Origin: Okamejei kenojei
Taxonomy: Eukaryota
Direction: 5' to 3'
Length of the DNA stretch: 64,000 nt
NCBI GenBank assembly: GCA_035221665.1
Contig: CM069151.1
Span: forward strand, 29,512,001-29,576,000
In this document: piece by piece, positions 39,437-52,322 of the stretch
How the letters are laid out: every line of letters starts with the position of its first letter
Numbering within the stretch: the first letter of the stretch is position 1
Program-made: the position numbers and the translations under genes
Notes under the pieces: model-generated
The model's input: the letters and a program-made list of their open reading frames with translations, nothing else
The model's database searches: none
What the model was told of the DNA's origin: nothing

Positions 39437-40565
39437 TCATTGGGCTCTCATTTATTTCAACCCACATTCTCACTTGAACGCCTTCAGCCTAATCCAAAGA
39501 GCTGCATTAAGGAGCAGCGATGGTTAAGTATGTAAGAAAAACAATTCTGCCTGTTGCTCAGAATGCGGCTTGCAATTAAATTGTAAAATTGCAATTGACA
39601 ATTGTTCTCCAAGTCTTCAACCAAAGCTCTAGTGTTTAACAAAATAAAGTTGAACCCCCTGTTCAATGGTGATTGTGATTAGGATTCATTTGCGACTGGC
39701 TATGCCTTGTAATTCTACGGCCCTCCTGTGTGAAATAATTCTCAGAGTAAATTCCACATCAAATTGCTGAAAGTGGTGCACCAGTCGGATGTATATTTGG
39801 CATTAGCAACTGAAATACCACCAGTCTCGTAAATGTTCCCTGTGATCCCAAAGGGACAGTTAAAATGGATTACCTGACTCCACCGTTGCTGATAGTTAGT
39901 GGAGATTAATTTTACAGAGCTTTGCTCTCAATGGGTCATAAATTAAGTAAAACAAACCAATAAAAAGTGTTGATGTATTGCTTATAAATTGGACAAAAAG
40001 TGAGATATCACCTTACAAAGACAAGATCTTTTGTAATTGCCACCAGACCGAAATAACAAACTGCATTATTTACTTTGAGCTGCCTTAAACAAAATTGCTT
40101 TCTTCTGATCCTGAGAACGCATTGTCCTTATTTTTAGGGAATTATTACTGAATTCATTCAATAGAAAATATAAGCATTGCTGGTATAATTAATTATACTT
40201 ATTCTAATGTAAAGGTTAAATTTCAGCACAAATAGTCGGAAGCTTGTAATGCCTGTGGGTGTTAACATGGGGCATAGTTCAAACAGCAGCCGTAATCGGG
40301 TTGGTAGACTAAACTGTTATCTCATAAGAAAAATTATATTATGCACATGTATATCATAATAATCTCCAGTCAAGGTGAATATTACATGGGGAAATGATTT
40401 CCTACACAATTTTTGTGTTATCGGCTGCTAACCTTTTATTTAACATCCTTATTTAGAAAGGAAAGAAAAATATATCCGTGCTTTACTGGTTCGGGATCAA
40501 ATGTTGAACTTTATGTCAACTTATATTTTCCACTTATTGCTTGATGATTATTTCTTTCGGTTTAG

Positions 40566-40637
40566 AATCCCAAATCTCAGGAGCCCGTCACTTTGGATTT
40601 TCTAGATGCTGAACTGGAGAATGAAATTAAGGTTGAG
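40566..40637 (+). CDS. CACNA2D1: alpha2-delta-1-like exon (~exon 19; internal alternative acceptor after 40580)
   Basis: gtttag|AAT...GAG|gtaaga; NPKSQEPVTLDFLDAELENEIKVE; 72 nt; the NPKSQ start is diagnostic of alpha2-delta-1 rather than -2. Confidence 0.95.
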
Positions 40638-40673
40638 GTAAGATGATCTTGAATGGCCACTGGCGACTGAGAG

Positions 40674-40875
40674 TGACATGTCTAAGCCTTTTAACCCTGT
40701 GAAGCCCGGATTCAGTTTAAACACAATAAATATCATGTGAATAGATTTATATGCAAATCTCTTGTTTTTTTGTTCTGGGCTTTTGTGTGGTGCAGGTCAT
40801 GTGTTTACTTGAAGAATCTCTGCAGCTTTCTCATTGAATGTGACAACTTGTCTGTGTAATCGTGAACAGACTTTG
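40674..40875 (+). repeat. 202 bp segment, copy 1 of an exact local duplication
   Basis: tgacatgtctaagcc...gtgaacagactttg, identical to 41263-41464. Confidence 0.95.
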
Positions 40876-40909
40876 GCTGGCAAACATTCAGCAATGAAGA
40901 GTTTTTTAA

Positions 40910-41262
40910 AGAAGGAACTGCAGATGCTGGAGAATCGAGGGTACACAAAAAGCTGGAGAAACTCAGCGGGTGCAGCAGCATCTAAGGAGCGAAGGAGATA
41001 GGCGACGTTTCGGGTCGAGACCCTTCTTCAGACTGGTCAGGGATCAGGGAAACGAGAGATATAGACGGTGATGAATGAAGAGTTGTGGATCTCAGGACTG
41101 ACCGCCTGTCCAGGACTCCGTTTGCGAACTATAGTGATGGTCAAATGTGTAGGAATAAACTGCAGATAGACACAAAATGCAGGAGTAACTCAGCAGGACA
41201 GGCAGCATCTCTGGAGAGAAGGAAAGGGTGACGTTTCGTGTCGAGAATCTTCTTCAGACTGA
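40910..41262 (-). mobile_element. two tandem Penelope-derived terminal-repeat fragments
   Basis: gaaggaactgcagatgctgg...gacgtttcgggtcgagacccttcttcagac, then a second similar copy at 41146-41262. Confidence 0.7.
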
Positions 41263-41464
41263 TGACATGTCTAAGCCTTTTAACCCTGTGAAGCCCGGAT
41301 TCAGTTTAAACACAATAAATATCATGTGAATAGATTTATATGCAAATCTCTTGTTTTTTTGTTCTGGGCTTTTGTGTGGTGCAGGTCATGTGTTTACTTG
41401 AAGAATCTCTGCAGCTTTCTCATTGAATGTGACAACTTGTCTGTGTAATCGTGAACAGACTTTG
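41263..41464 (+). repeat. 202 bp segment, copy 2
   Basis: identical to 40674-40875; runs directly into a 5'-truncated SINE (41464-41700). Confidence 0.95.
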
Positions 41465-42039
41465 CCTGTGTAGGGTTTGCATCTTCTCCCTGTGACCGTG
41501 TGGGTTTTCTTTTGGTGCTCCAGTTTCTTCCCACATCCCAAAGAAATGGGGATTTATAGATGAATTGGCCTCTTTAAATTACCCCTACTTTGTAAACAGT
41601 GGATGAGAAAATGGGATAACAGAGAACTAGTATGAACAGGTGGTCAGTGGCCGGCGTGAGCTCAGTGTGCAGAAGACCCGGTTTCCGTGCTGTATCAAGA
41701 TAGATATAGCTCGTATTTAAGATATTTGTGGTAAGTAAAATGCTGAGGATTAAAACTGGACAAAATCCACAGCATTTGACCACCAGTTCTCATGGTCGTC
41801 CTGTCATGGGAATGTTGACAATGTGACAATGTTCTTCATTTCCCAAGGCAACATTAGTCTCTTTGAGCCATGGTTCACTTAATAAACTGGAAGCCCTGCG
41901 CTAGTCCCACAGCCACACCGGGGTTTTATTACTGCGCAGCTCCTACTGCCTTTCAGACCTTGCTACCATCAGTGTCCCAGGAAGCTGACTGGTCTACAAG
42001 CATTGGGTCATACGTGGCAGAAAGTGAGGCGATGCCCAC

Positions 42040-42460
42040 AAACAGCCCAACTACCATTATCAGACAACTGAACGATCCTCTCATGAACTGGAGAGCGGTC
42101 CTGGCCTCCAATCTACTTAATCAGAGGCCTTCGAATTGTCTTTGATGGGACTTTACTGGAATTTACCTTGCACTAAACGTTGTAACCTTTATCATGTATC
42201 AGTACACAGCAAACAGCTTGATTGTAAACATGTATAGTCCTTCTGCTGACTGGATAGCGCACAACAAAAAAGTCTGAAGAAGGATCTCTACCTGAAACAT
42301 CACCCATCCCTTTTCTCGAGAGATGTTGCCTGACCTGCTGAGTTACTCCAGCATTTGCTGTCTATCATTGGTGTAAACCAGCATCTGCAGTTCCTTCCTC
42401 AATAAAAACCTTTTCGCTGTACTTCAGTAAACATGCCAATCAATAAACTAAACTAAACAG
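42040..42460 (+). mobile_element. LINE 3' UTR (Rex1-like) interrupted by a Penelope repeat (42270-42400)
   Basis: atcagacaactgaac...ccttgcactaaacgtt...gactggatagcgcacaacaaaaa [ctgaagaaggatctctacctgaaacatcacc...] aaaaccttttcgctgtac...aataaactaaactaaac. Confidence 0.6.
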
Positions 42461-42857
42461 CTTGAAAGAATCTAGTTAAATGCATTAACCTGTAAATTAA
42501 TTAAATATAAAGTGAAACAAGAAATAAATGCAACAAATATTTGCTGCAAAAGTTTGTAATTCATAGATGTTTTTTTCCCCATTCCTATTTATCTATTATA
42601 ATGCTCTTTAATATCCGTTATATGCGACAATAAGCTTACAAATTAATTGTTGCATGAGTGCTTCATGGTAGTACATTGTTCCTTCCCATAACACTGCCAC
42701 TCACTGCTGTTGTACTCTCGATCCCTTGCATCAGAGATTTAGAAGCAAGCTCGCCTTGGAAAAAGCTTTATTGAGGTTTACAGCTAGTTGTATTTAGCAA
42801 GCAGTTTGGAGATTTGCACAACATTGAAGGGCTGTAAATTATTTTTTTGTCTTCTAG

Positions 42858-42929
42858 ATACGACATAGCATGATAGAGGGACAAAATGGTGAGAGGACCC
42901 TCGACACACTCATCAAATCTTACGATGAG
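42858..42929 (+). CDS. CACNA2D1: alpha2-delta-1-like exon (~exon 20)
   Basis: ttctag|ATA...GAG|gtacag; IRHSMIEGQNGERTLDTLIKSYDE; 72 nt. Confidence 0.92.
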
Positions 42930-43276
42930 GTACAGGCTACAGCTAATTGGATGTTTAATCGGTCTGTTGGTTTATTCTGGTAAAGCATGCAAGAATTGTT
43001 TCAAGGAAGGGTAAAGCATTCCTTGTTTACGGCGTTTCAGAAGTGAACAAAAAATAATATTCTTCGTGCGTATGTATGGCGTGCACAGCCTAAAGTTGTG
43101 GGACAACTTGTTCTATTTGATTGTGCACGCCAGGTTGATTGCATTAGTTGAAACAGGGTGGGCCACGTGAAGATTGCAATCTCCCACCCAAAATAATATT
43201 GAAGATATGGCCTTTGCCACAAGCATCCAATACATTAAATGGTTAACAGTTGGTGTGGAATGGACATTAAGCTAGG

Positions 43277-44098
43277 ACATAGAAACATAGAACCATAGAA
43301 AATAGGTGCAGGAGGAGGCCATTCGGCCCTTCGAGTCAGCACCGCCATTCATTGTGATCATGGCTGATCGTCCCCTATCAATAACCCGTGCCTGCCTTCT
43401 CCCCATATCCCTTGACTCCACTAGCCCCTAGAGCTCTATCCAACTCTCTCTTAAATCATCCAGTGACTTGGCCTCCACTGCCCTCTGAGGCAGGGAATTC
43501 CATAAATTCACAACTCTCTGGGTAAAAAAGTTTTTTCTCACCTCAGTCTTAAATGACCTCCCCTTTATTCTAAGACAGTGGCCCCTGGTTCTGGACTCAC
43601 CCAACATTGGGAACATTTTTCCTGCATCTTGTTTGTCCAGTCCTTTTATAATTTTATATGTTTCTATAAGAAACCCGTCATCCTTCTAAACGCCAGTGAA
43701 TACAAGCCTAGTCTTTTCATTCTTTCCCCATATGACAGTCCCGCCATCCCAGGGATCAATCTCGTGAACCTACGCTGCACTGCCTCAATCACAAGGATGT
43801 CCTTCCTCAAATTAGGAGACCAAAACTGTACACAATACTCCAGATGTGGTCTCACCAGAGCCCTATACAACTGCAGAAGAACCTCTTTACTCCTGTACTG
43901 AAATCCTCTTGTTATGAAGGCCAACATTCCATTAGCTTTCTTCACTGCCTGCTGTACCTGCACGCCAACTTTCAGTGACTGATGTACAAGGACACCCAGG
44001 TCTCGCTGCACCTCCCCCTTACCTAACCTAACCCCATTGAGATAATAATCTGCCCCATTGTTTTTGCCGCCAAAGTGGATAACCTCACATTTATCTAT
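43277..44098 (-). mobile_element. CR1-type LINE 3' part (ORF2 C-terminal region)
   Basis: QRDLGVLVHQSLK...KKANGMLAFI...LYRALVRPHLEYCVQFWSP and FPMLGESRTRGHCLRIKG...QRVVNLWNSLP; catagaaa tail. Confidence 0.92.
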
Positions 44099-44859
44099 AT
44101 GGTTTCCAAATCCTTGCTAATGATAAAACATTGTTCATTATTTTGCCTCCCTACAGTTAGCGGTGCGCAGATGGTTTTTTTCTTCCCTTCTGAGGAATTG
44201 ATATTCCCAGGAATCTGTTTCTTCCAGCACTCCCAACCCTTTAGTAGCTCTCTGCCTAATCTGCATTACAGTGAGAAGGCTAGAGGGAGGCATCACGTGT
44301 ATTAACATGCATCAAATATACAAACAGTATTCTGATCTTTCTAATATTATTTCCCCCAGTGCTCTCCAAAACTGACCATTCCTTTGAAGGGAACACTATG
44401 GACTAATACTCCATGTACCTGACCTAGAGTTCCCTTGCCATCTCTACAGCCCAAGCATAAAACCATCTGCAAAATATTATTCTTAAATACTCTTGTCACT
44501 GAGGCTCATGGAAATCTACAGTCAGTTTGTAGAACCAATCCATCCTGAAAATATCAGCATTACAATAATAATAAAAACAATTCAAATATCATATTTGCTC
44601 CCTTGGTTTGCATTCCAAGGATGTGCAGGTTTGTAGATTAATTGATTTCTGTAAATTTCCCCTCATGTGTCGGATATGGATGATTGTTGGCCGGCATGGA
44701 CTCAGTGGGCTGAAGGGCCTGTTTCCACGCTGTATCTCTAAAGTAAACTAAAGTAATGTATGTTAGTTCCAGTGACAATTATCCAATTATTGTCCTTTTT
44801 CCTTCAGGAGCAATAGCTCTCTAACCAGTCATAAACCAGTTCTCTCAATTATCCCTGGA

Positions 44860-45090
44860 GAGAAGAAGTGCTATCAGCCCTCCTGGCATCATTGGTCAAG
44901 ATTTATCTCACAATCAATGGCACTAACATACTGACAATTATTCACAAAGCTCTTAATGGGGCCTTTATTAAGAGCTTTAATAAAGGCTACACCATTCCAA
45001 CTCCAGTGATCACCCTTCAAAAGACCTCATCGGCTGTTAAGCATTTTGGTGATGTCTCGAGGAGGTGAAGGAGATAATATAAACGCAATG
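44860..45090 (+). mobile_element. old Deu-domain SINE relic
   Basis: tggtcaagatttatctcacaatcaa...cagtgatcacccttcaaaagacctcatcggctgttaagcattttgg...gtgaaggagataatataaacgcaa resembles the Deu-SINE 3' half as remembered. Confidence 0.55.
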
Positions 45091-45186
45091 TTCAGTTGCA
45101 GGTCACAATGCATGAATTATAATGAGGACACGGATAATGAAAATAAAGTTATATTCATTATTAATAACCTTTCCTTGTCATTTCAG

Positions 45187-45248
45187 CGATATATTGACAA
45201 AGGGACTCGAACATACACTTGGACTCTAGTGAATAGTACAGATTATAG
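45187..45248 (+). CDS. CACNA2D1: alpha2-delta-1-like exon (~exon 21)
   Basis: tttcag|CGA...AG|gtaagt; RYIDKGTRTYTWTLVNSTDY(S); 62 nt, phase 0->2. Confidence 0.94.
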
Positions 45249-46257
45249 GTAAGTCTTCAATAATTTTTTTGAAGAAATGCTATTTAAATTTTGTTTAACT
45301 CATTATTTCTTGGGGGGGAAAGGCAGTTGGTTTTAAGGACTATTAGGCAATTGTCCGGAGCTGGTTTCACATGCATTTCTAGCAGGTTAGCCTTTCTGTT
45401 TGTCTTTTACATGATGCATGAGTAATGCAAAAAGTTTGCAGTGAGGGATTTGGGTAAGTGACCTGCATGCTGAGTGTGCAGCAGTAATTCATCTGAAACT
45501 ATTTGTCTTCATGCCACCAGTTTAGGAAATCCTAGCACAATCCATTAATCCTCCTGAGACCATGATGAATGTTACATAGGATCTTTTCACTTGCCACAAG
45601 GCAAGTTTGTTCTCATGTCGGGTGAAGCCATGTAGGAAGTGCAGATATAAGAATATTGCTTACTCAGCGAGCTTCATGTGAGCAAGGGATTTCATCGTGC
45701 CATGGTATATATGTCAATAAACTAAATGGAATCTTCCGTTCGGTGGAGTCCAGTTAAGTTTGTGAGGGAACAAAACGTGCCTCACCTCTGCATTGATGTT
45801 GGAGTGGGTTGGTTGGTGGGTGGTACTGAATGCCTTTCTGGGATAACGGTAAAGTACATTGTGTATCAATGCAGAGAGAGCTTTATTTGGTGTCTTTCTC
45901 AAGCTTAACTCGGAACCGCTTGAGACTGACACGGAAGCTATGCTTTCTGGAGACAATTTCTGCATGTTAGCTCTTACAGAAGGTTGGAAAATCTGTCCTG
46001 GGACCTTACAGTTCTGCTTCATGTCTGATGACCAGTTTAGGACCAAGAAGAACTACTGTGATGCAATAGCCTAATTTAGAGGAATTATGCTGGGTCACAG
46101 CAATGGCATCACTTAACCCACACACATTTCTCATTGAAAGGAAGCACCCAGGTTGAGGTTCGGTGGTTTTTTAAAAAGGAAAAATAATTTTATCTCCCAA
46201 TTAAAGTTTTTTTTGCCATTCCTATTATGCTGCCATATTGATTATTTCTACTATCAC

Positions 46258-46760
46258 TTCTAACCGAAGAGCAGTCTCGGTGATCGTTTCGCTGAACACC
46301 TCCGCTCAATCCACCTAAACCGACCTGATCGCCCGGTTGTTCAACACTTTAACTTCCCCCTCCCATTCCCACATTGACCTTTCTGTCCTGAGCCTCCATT
46401 GTCAGAGTGAGGCCCAGTGCAAATTGGAGGAACAGCACCTCTTATTTTGCTTGGGCAGCTTACATCCCAGCGGCATGAACATTGACTTCTCTAACTTCAA
46501 GTAACCCTTGCTTTCCCTCTTTTTACTTTGAAAAGAGATTAAGGGAAAAATACAGCTAACTCCCAGCTAACAAGGATCTATTCTACATTTTCCTTGATCT
46601 CCTTTCCCTTTGTCTTATTTTCACACCTTACACTTATCTATGTATCTCCCTCTCCCCTGACATCGGTCTGAAGAAGGGTCTAAACCGGAAACGTCACCTA
46701 TTCCTTCTCTCCAGAGATGCTGCCTGTCCCGCTGAGTTACTTCAGCATTTTGTGTCTAAC
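46258..46760 (+). mobile_element. Penelope-like retroelement 3' fragment (GIY-YIG endonuclease C-terminus plus terminal repeat with hammerhead-like core)
   Basis: frameshifted translation LGDRFAEHLRSIHLNRPDRPVVQHFN...HSHIDLSVL...CQSEAQCKLEEQHLLFCLGSLHPSGMNIDFSNFK*, then gtCTGAAGAagggtctaaaccgGAAACGTCacc. Confidence 0.85.
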
Positions 46761-46819
46761 CTTATAGAGTTTGGAATTAACATAATCCCTCGAGAGTTGT
46801 TTTTGGAATGTGTTTAGAT

Positions 46820-47083
46820 TACTTTACTTTAGAGATGCAGCATGGAAACATCCCTTCGGACCACCGAGTCAGCGCCAATCAGCGACCACCCTTACACTAG
46901 TTCTACCTACACACTAACAATTAACCTACACACCCTGTACGTCTTTGTAATGTGGGAGGAAACCAGAGCACCCAGAGAAATTCCATGCAGTCACAGGGAG
47001 AATGTAGACAGCACCCGCAGTCCGGATTGAAGCCTGATCCCTGGGTCTGTATGGCAGCAATTCTACCGCTGCTCCACTCTGTC
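46820..47083 (-). mobile_element. V-domain SINE
   Basis: ttagagatgcagcatggaaac, caattaacctaca, gtgggaggaaaccagagcaccc, ggcagcaattctaccgctgctccac. Confidence 0.8.
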
Positions 47084-48028
47084 ACCCTTAAATAGATTTT
47101 AATGGTAATTAAAACTTTATTCTGTGATACTTTTAGTTCAAAACATGTTTGATTTCCAAAGATCTCCATACATCACTACACAACAGCCAAATAATTGAGT
47201 CCTCAGGCTCTCATTTAATATGGGAGGCAGGAAGACTCAGGCAGAATATCCCCTCATGGGCACTCATCTATGAATCAGCCTGGAACTCTCATCAGCGGTA
47301 CATTGGTTAAAGTTCAGCAAAGCGATATAAAGTTGATGTACTTAAACTGTATAGAGTAGCATCACCTACATCTACAATAATGAAACTTAACCCAGCAAGG
47401 ACTCAGCATCTTTGGAAGAGTGGGGTTGGCGGTTGGAGATGTCAATCTGAAGTAGATATGTTCATGTGAAAGGCCACTTAAACATTGATGTTTAAGTAGA
47501 TTTATCTGGCATGCAAATGAAAACGTGATCTGCTTGATGCCCGCACTGGTCTACCAACCTTCTATGCATCGGAACAGAGGATGGATTGGAGAATTGTGAT
47601 TTTGTTGGGAGTATTTCAGAACATATGAAGTGCTCTGTATCCTGTAACGTCTGAGAAGAGTGAAATGGAGCTTGTGTTCAGGTTGATCCTGAACTGCTAA
47701 CTCTTTCTCTCTCCCCAGATGCTGCCTAACTTGATGCATACTTCCAGCATATTATATTTTTTAGATTTACAGCATCTGCATTATTTTGTTTTCAGTTCAG
47801 GGGAAATAGCTTCAACCATTTTGGTTGTTCAAACACTGCCTGGAAAAATTAACATATCAAATCATTGGTTTGCTGCCACTTGTGCCAAGGGACGGATGTG
47901 AGAGCACCAATGGCAGTGTGTTTCATGTGGTAACAATGCCATCTTTTATCTATGCTGTTATTTATGTGCTAACTCCTCACTTCCAGGAATCCATTAGTTA
48001 CGTGAAAATATCTGTCTGTTTTCTCCAG

Positions 48029-48105
48029 TTTGGCATTGGTGCTACCACCTTATGGTTCTCACTATATCAAAGCCAAATTAGACGAGGCTATCACCCAGGC
48101 TAAAT
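48029..48105 (+). CDS. CACNA2D1: alpha2-delta-1-like exon (~exon 22)
   Basis: ctccag|T...T|gtaagt; (S)LALVLPPYGSHYIKAKLDEAITQAK(Y); 77 nt, phase 2->1. Confidence 0.94.
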
Positions 48106-50327
48106 GTAAGTATTGGAAAGGTGCTCGCTGACTTGGAAAATGCATGCAGGAGAGGGCAAAGTATCGATACTGCAAAATAATAAAATATCTCAATAATAAA
48201 ATATACTTTGAAAGTTTCTGAAGGTTTAATAAGTAGATTGTCAGATAGATGTCTTCCATAGTGTGAAGCAATGATTCTAAAGTATTGGAGAAACAGACAT
48301 GCAAGGATGTAAACGACTGCATGGATGAACATGCAAGAGTGCTGTTTTCTATCAAAGTTCCCTTACTGAATATGCACAATTTCCCTTGCCATGTAATTTT
48401 AGAATCATTGTACTGCTGCACCTTCTAGTTCTATGCATCCATTGAAAGGTCTGTTTATAGCAGTTGATTAATAAATATCTTGCACGATCGTTAAAATGGC
48501 CTACTATTGTTAAATGAAAAGAAATCCAGCCATAAAATTCTTAATTATTTGCCCAAGTTTTGTATCAAAAGGGTGGCCAGGATCCTGATGTCCACTGCTG
48601 TTAAGGTGTCAATTAGAAAGTAACTTTCTGGATTTCTGCCAATCTAGCAAGTCAGTGCTCAACTTCGTTGAGGAAGTTAATCGTTCACTGCATAACCGGA
48701 TAATTTCCCTTTCTGCCGTGTGCAAGGAAGCCATCCTAACACAGACTTCCAGGACTTTTAAAATTACAACCCATACAGTGATTAATGCAGCCTTTGCGCA
48801 TGAGCCACTCTAATGATGCATCCACATGAAATCTCCATCATTCAGTTCCAAGATCATGCATTGTGGATGTGCATTTTCTTGACCAATCTTCAACGATTTA
48901 TGGATTATTTTTTGACATCTTTTCCTCAATCAGTATCTGATCAAAGCAAAACATCATTTGATTCAACCAAACAGTGTCACGTCTCTTCAAAGATAATTTA
49001 TACCCATCAGCTTGTTATTACTGCTGTTAGCGATGTTTCTGAAGTTATCCCATCTTCAGCATACCCACAGGGAGTTATTGCTTTTACGACCAGATCTAAC
49101 CCAATTACTGAAATATTCCATCTATACGCAATGAAGTCAATTAAGTCCTTCACAGTCTGTTAGCTCAATTACGGAAGAGAAAGTTAGGTTGTGATCAATT
49201 TTAATTACTGATGAGCACATTTTTTTGGCACTGAAAATTAATTTCTTCAGATTTTTATCATTATCATGGATCTTAAAAGTTTAAACTTTTTTCTGTCCAA
49301 TTTATCTTAATGCTACCTTTCTCTCTCTTTTATGCCTATTTTTACATTGACACACACTTCCTTGCGAATCTCTGCCATGTTCATATTCAGTTCTGGGTCT
49401 GATTGATGAAGGAGATACCCAGTTGTCCTGTTCTCTCCCCCTCTGCAACCCAACAGAGGGCACTATGCTGCTGTGACTATCGTCGCTGCCATTTCAAAGG
49501 CCCCGACAGAGTCTGGCTGCAAATGCAAGAGCAAGCACCTCTTTTTTTCCACTGACTGCAAGATTCCAAACAGTTGCATTTTGAAGAACGACATTCCCCA
49601 AGATTTGACTTGGTTTCTAGAGTTCATTTGACTTCACCCTGAATGAATTCCACAGGGGAAATGGTCACAGAGGTGATACAAGTCTCACTCACCCACATCC
49701 TTGTGCTAGTTTTTCTTGTTGTTTTATTTTGTATTTTTAACATTTTAAGGTGAGTTGCAAAAGCAAAGTTAAATAATAAATCCCCTCTTGTAGATGTGAT
49801 GTCTCCAGCACAATGGTATAGTCTTACACCTGCACGAATTGTCCAACCCTTGGAGAAACCTGTGCCAATTAAACATGTTCCAAGGTTCCTTCTATATGTT
49901 CTTGACTCAACAAATACCCTGTCATTTATAGCACAAAACGTTATGCAGGCAATCAAAAATCTTTGAAATATTTGGCTAAAATATTTCACTTGATGTCCTA
50001 ACCATCCATAATCGTTGAAATAATAAATCCAATGCTAATCACAGATCTTCACAATTGTTAATTTTCGGAGTTTGTGCTAGTTTATTGTATCAACAGCCTT
50101 CCTTTTAAAATGTTTCCCCAGCTCTCTTTCAAACTGGACATGCACAAGCAATGACCGGGCATGCGCAACCTAATCAATTCATCCTAAACTGTTGCTGATC
50201 AGAAAGAAATACCAAAGGTTGAAAGTGATTTACAATTACATAAGATTATTGGGAATATGCACCCTACCAGTGACTTTGAAACATTGCTTTAGTGATGCTC
50301 TGCCAGGTAGATTTCTTGAAATTCCAT

Positions 50328-50720
50328 AGTCATACAGCACAGAAACAAGACTTTCGGCCCAACTCGTCCATGCTGACCAAGATGTCCATCCAAGCGAGTC
50401 CCTGTGGCAGTGTTTGGCTCTAAACCTTTCCTATCCACGTATCTGTCCAGTGTCTTTAAAATGCTGTTAAACCTTGCACAACCACCTCCTCTGGCAGCTT
50501 GTTCAAAATGCCACCATCCTCTGAGTTCCTATTAAATCTTACCCCTCTCATCTTAAACCTATGTCATCTGATTTTTGATTTCCTTTCCCTGGACTCACCA
50601 TTTACCCTATTTATTCCCCTCATGATTTTATACACAGCTATAAGATCACCTCTTGTACTCCATGGAATAGAGTCCTTGCCTGCCCAAATTGTCTCGTTAG
50701 CTCAGTCCCTCTGCTGTTGG
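50328..50720 (-). mobile_element. CR1-type LINE 3' fragment
   Basis: gtcatacagcacagaaacaag...ctaaacctttcctatcc...ccctcatgattttatacacagctataagatcacc. Confidence 0.7.
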
Positions 50721-52322
50721 GAGTTTCCTCATCTAAGATCCATTGGCATTTCTCCATTATGTGGAGATTTGTTTGAGTTTGATCAGTACGTAGCAATAGA
50801 ATTCTCTCACTGTCATCAATGCAGAAGACTAAATAATAATTAAAGAAATAGGACGATTATTGACAACGTAAGGACTGGACATTCAACTGTAGCATTGGGT
50901 GTTGGAAACTCCCTTGACACCATGTTGGCTCAGAAGATTCAAATGGCTATTATAATGAACTGAACTCTGTTAAAAGGAGCTCATTCAGATTTTTTTATAT
51001 TTACACAATTCTAGAGGGACCTACAGAGATCTTATAAATTATGGGGTAGGACATCAGAAAATGATTGCATGGTGTGTAAGACGAACACTCCTGTGTATAT
51101 GGTGCACATTGTCCTGTGTTATATTTTACTGCTCTGGGATTCATTCAGAAGATGACCTTGTTACTGGAAATGGCCTTGCGATGTTAAAACTATTCAGTGC
51201 AAATGTAAATATCACAAGCGCATACAGAGAAGCATCAACCAAGAATTGAAAATGCTATTTACAGACCATGTATAAAATCGGAAATATCTGATGAAATTCA
51301 AAATCGCCTCTGGAGCGATTTAATCTTTGTGGAGTAGACCCCAATCCTTGCTTGTGCACTTTAAAAGGACTGAGTTTAGATTTTGATTGATTTAATCTTC
51401 AAAATCAGCAGGAAGATTGTTGACCATAAAAACAGCCTCATGCCCAAAACTAATATTGGGATGACTTGTAATGAGTCGACAAAGAGAGAACAGGCACCAC
51501 ATGTCTGCGGCTCATCTCACTGCATCCATCTTGCAAACTGCTATTCCCACATGTGATTGAAGAAGCAAATTTTATTGATTGCTAAAGTCCCTTCCCATTT
51601 CACAGGGCTGCAATGTTGTTGCATTTAACACTGTGCATGATACTGTCCAGACTTAGGACCTTGGATACCACCAGACTTGTATTATCTTTGTGCTGAAGTA
51701 CATTTTGATGCTCTGTAAACAGACCTTTAAATGATGCAGTTTTTCGAAGGTAACATTAATGGTGATCACATATAGTTTTCAGTCTGCAAGCGAGTGTGTC
51801 TTTTTCAGACTTCTACTGTGCATTAAGTCTCCCAGTATAGCACAATATTTTTATTCAAATACTCATTGGATAAAATATTGTTTTATAATCCCTTCTACTT
51901 GACCCTTTTTCCTGTTCCCTGCTTTCTCTTTCTGATGGATTCTGACAGCCAAAAGCAAGTATCTTTTTGTTAGTCAATTTCCTCGTTGTATTGTCTTTTA
52001 GAGTATACTGTAATGCACTAGAGCTCCTACCCCTGTTGGATATTTTCCTTGTTTATCGTGTCTGTCCTTTATCAATTAGCTCTTGGTGTCTCATTACCAT
52101 TACATTAATAGCTTTAGTTTACTACTTTTATATAATTCTTGTTTGCTGTCTGTGCATTTTTTTAATAATGTTGCATTATGCAATTTACTTGGATGGTGAA
52201 TAATTATTTTTGCTGTTTTTGATAAGAGAAATTATCTTCCGACTGTTCAATGTCAAGATCTGGCTACGCAAAGACTACGATTGGAAGCAATAATGAGCAT
52301 CTTAACAATTATTTCTTTTCAG

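Noticed and set aside
49391-49630. Acceptor-like sites at 49390 and 49456 as additional exons
   Set aside because: Reading in the required phase hits stop codons, no suitable donor was found, and there is no similarity to alpha2-delta sequence.
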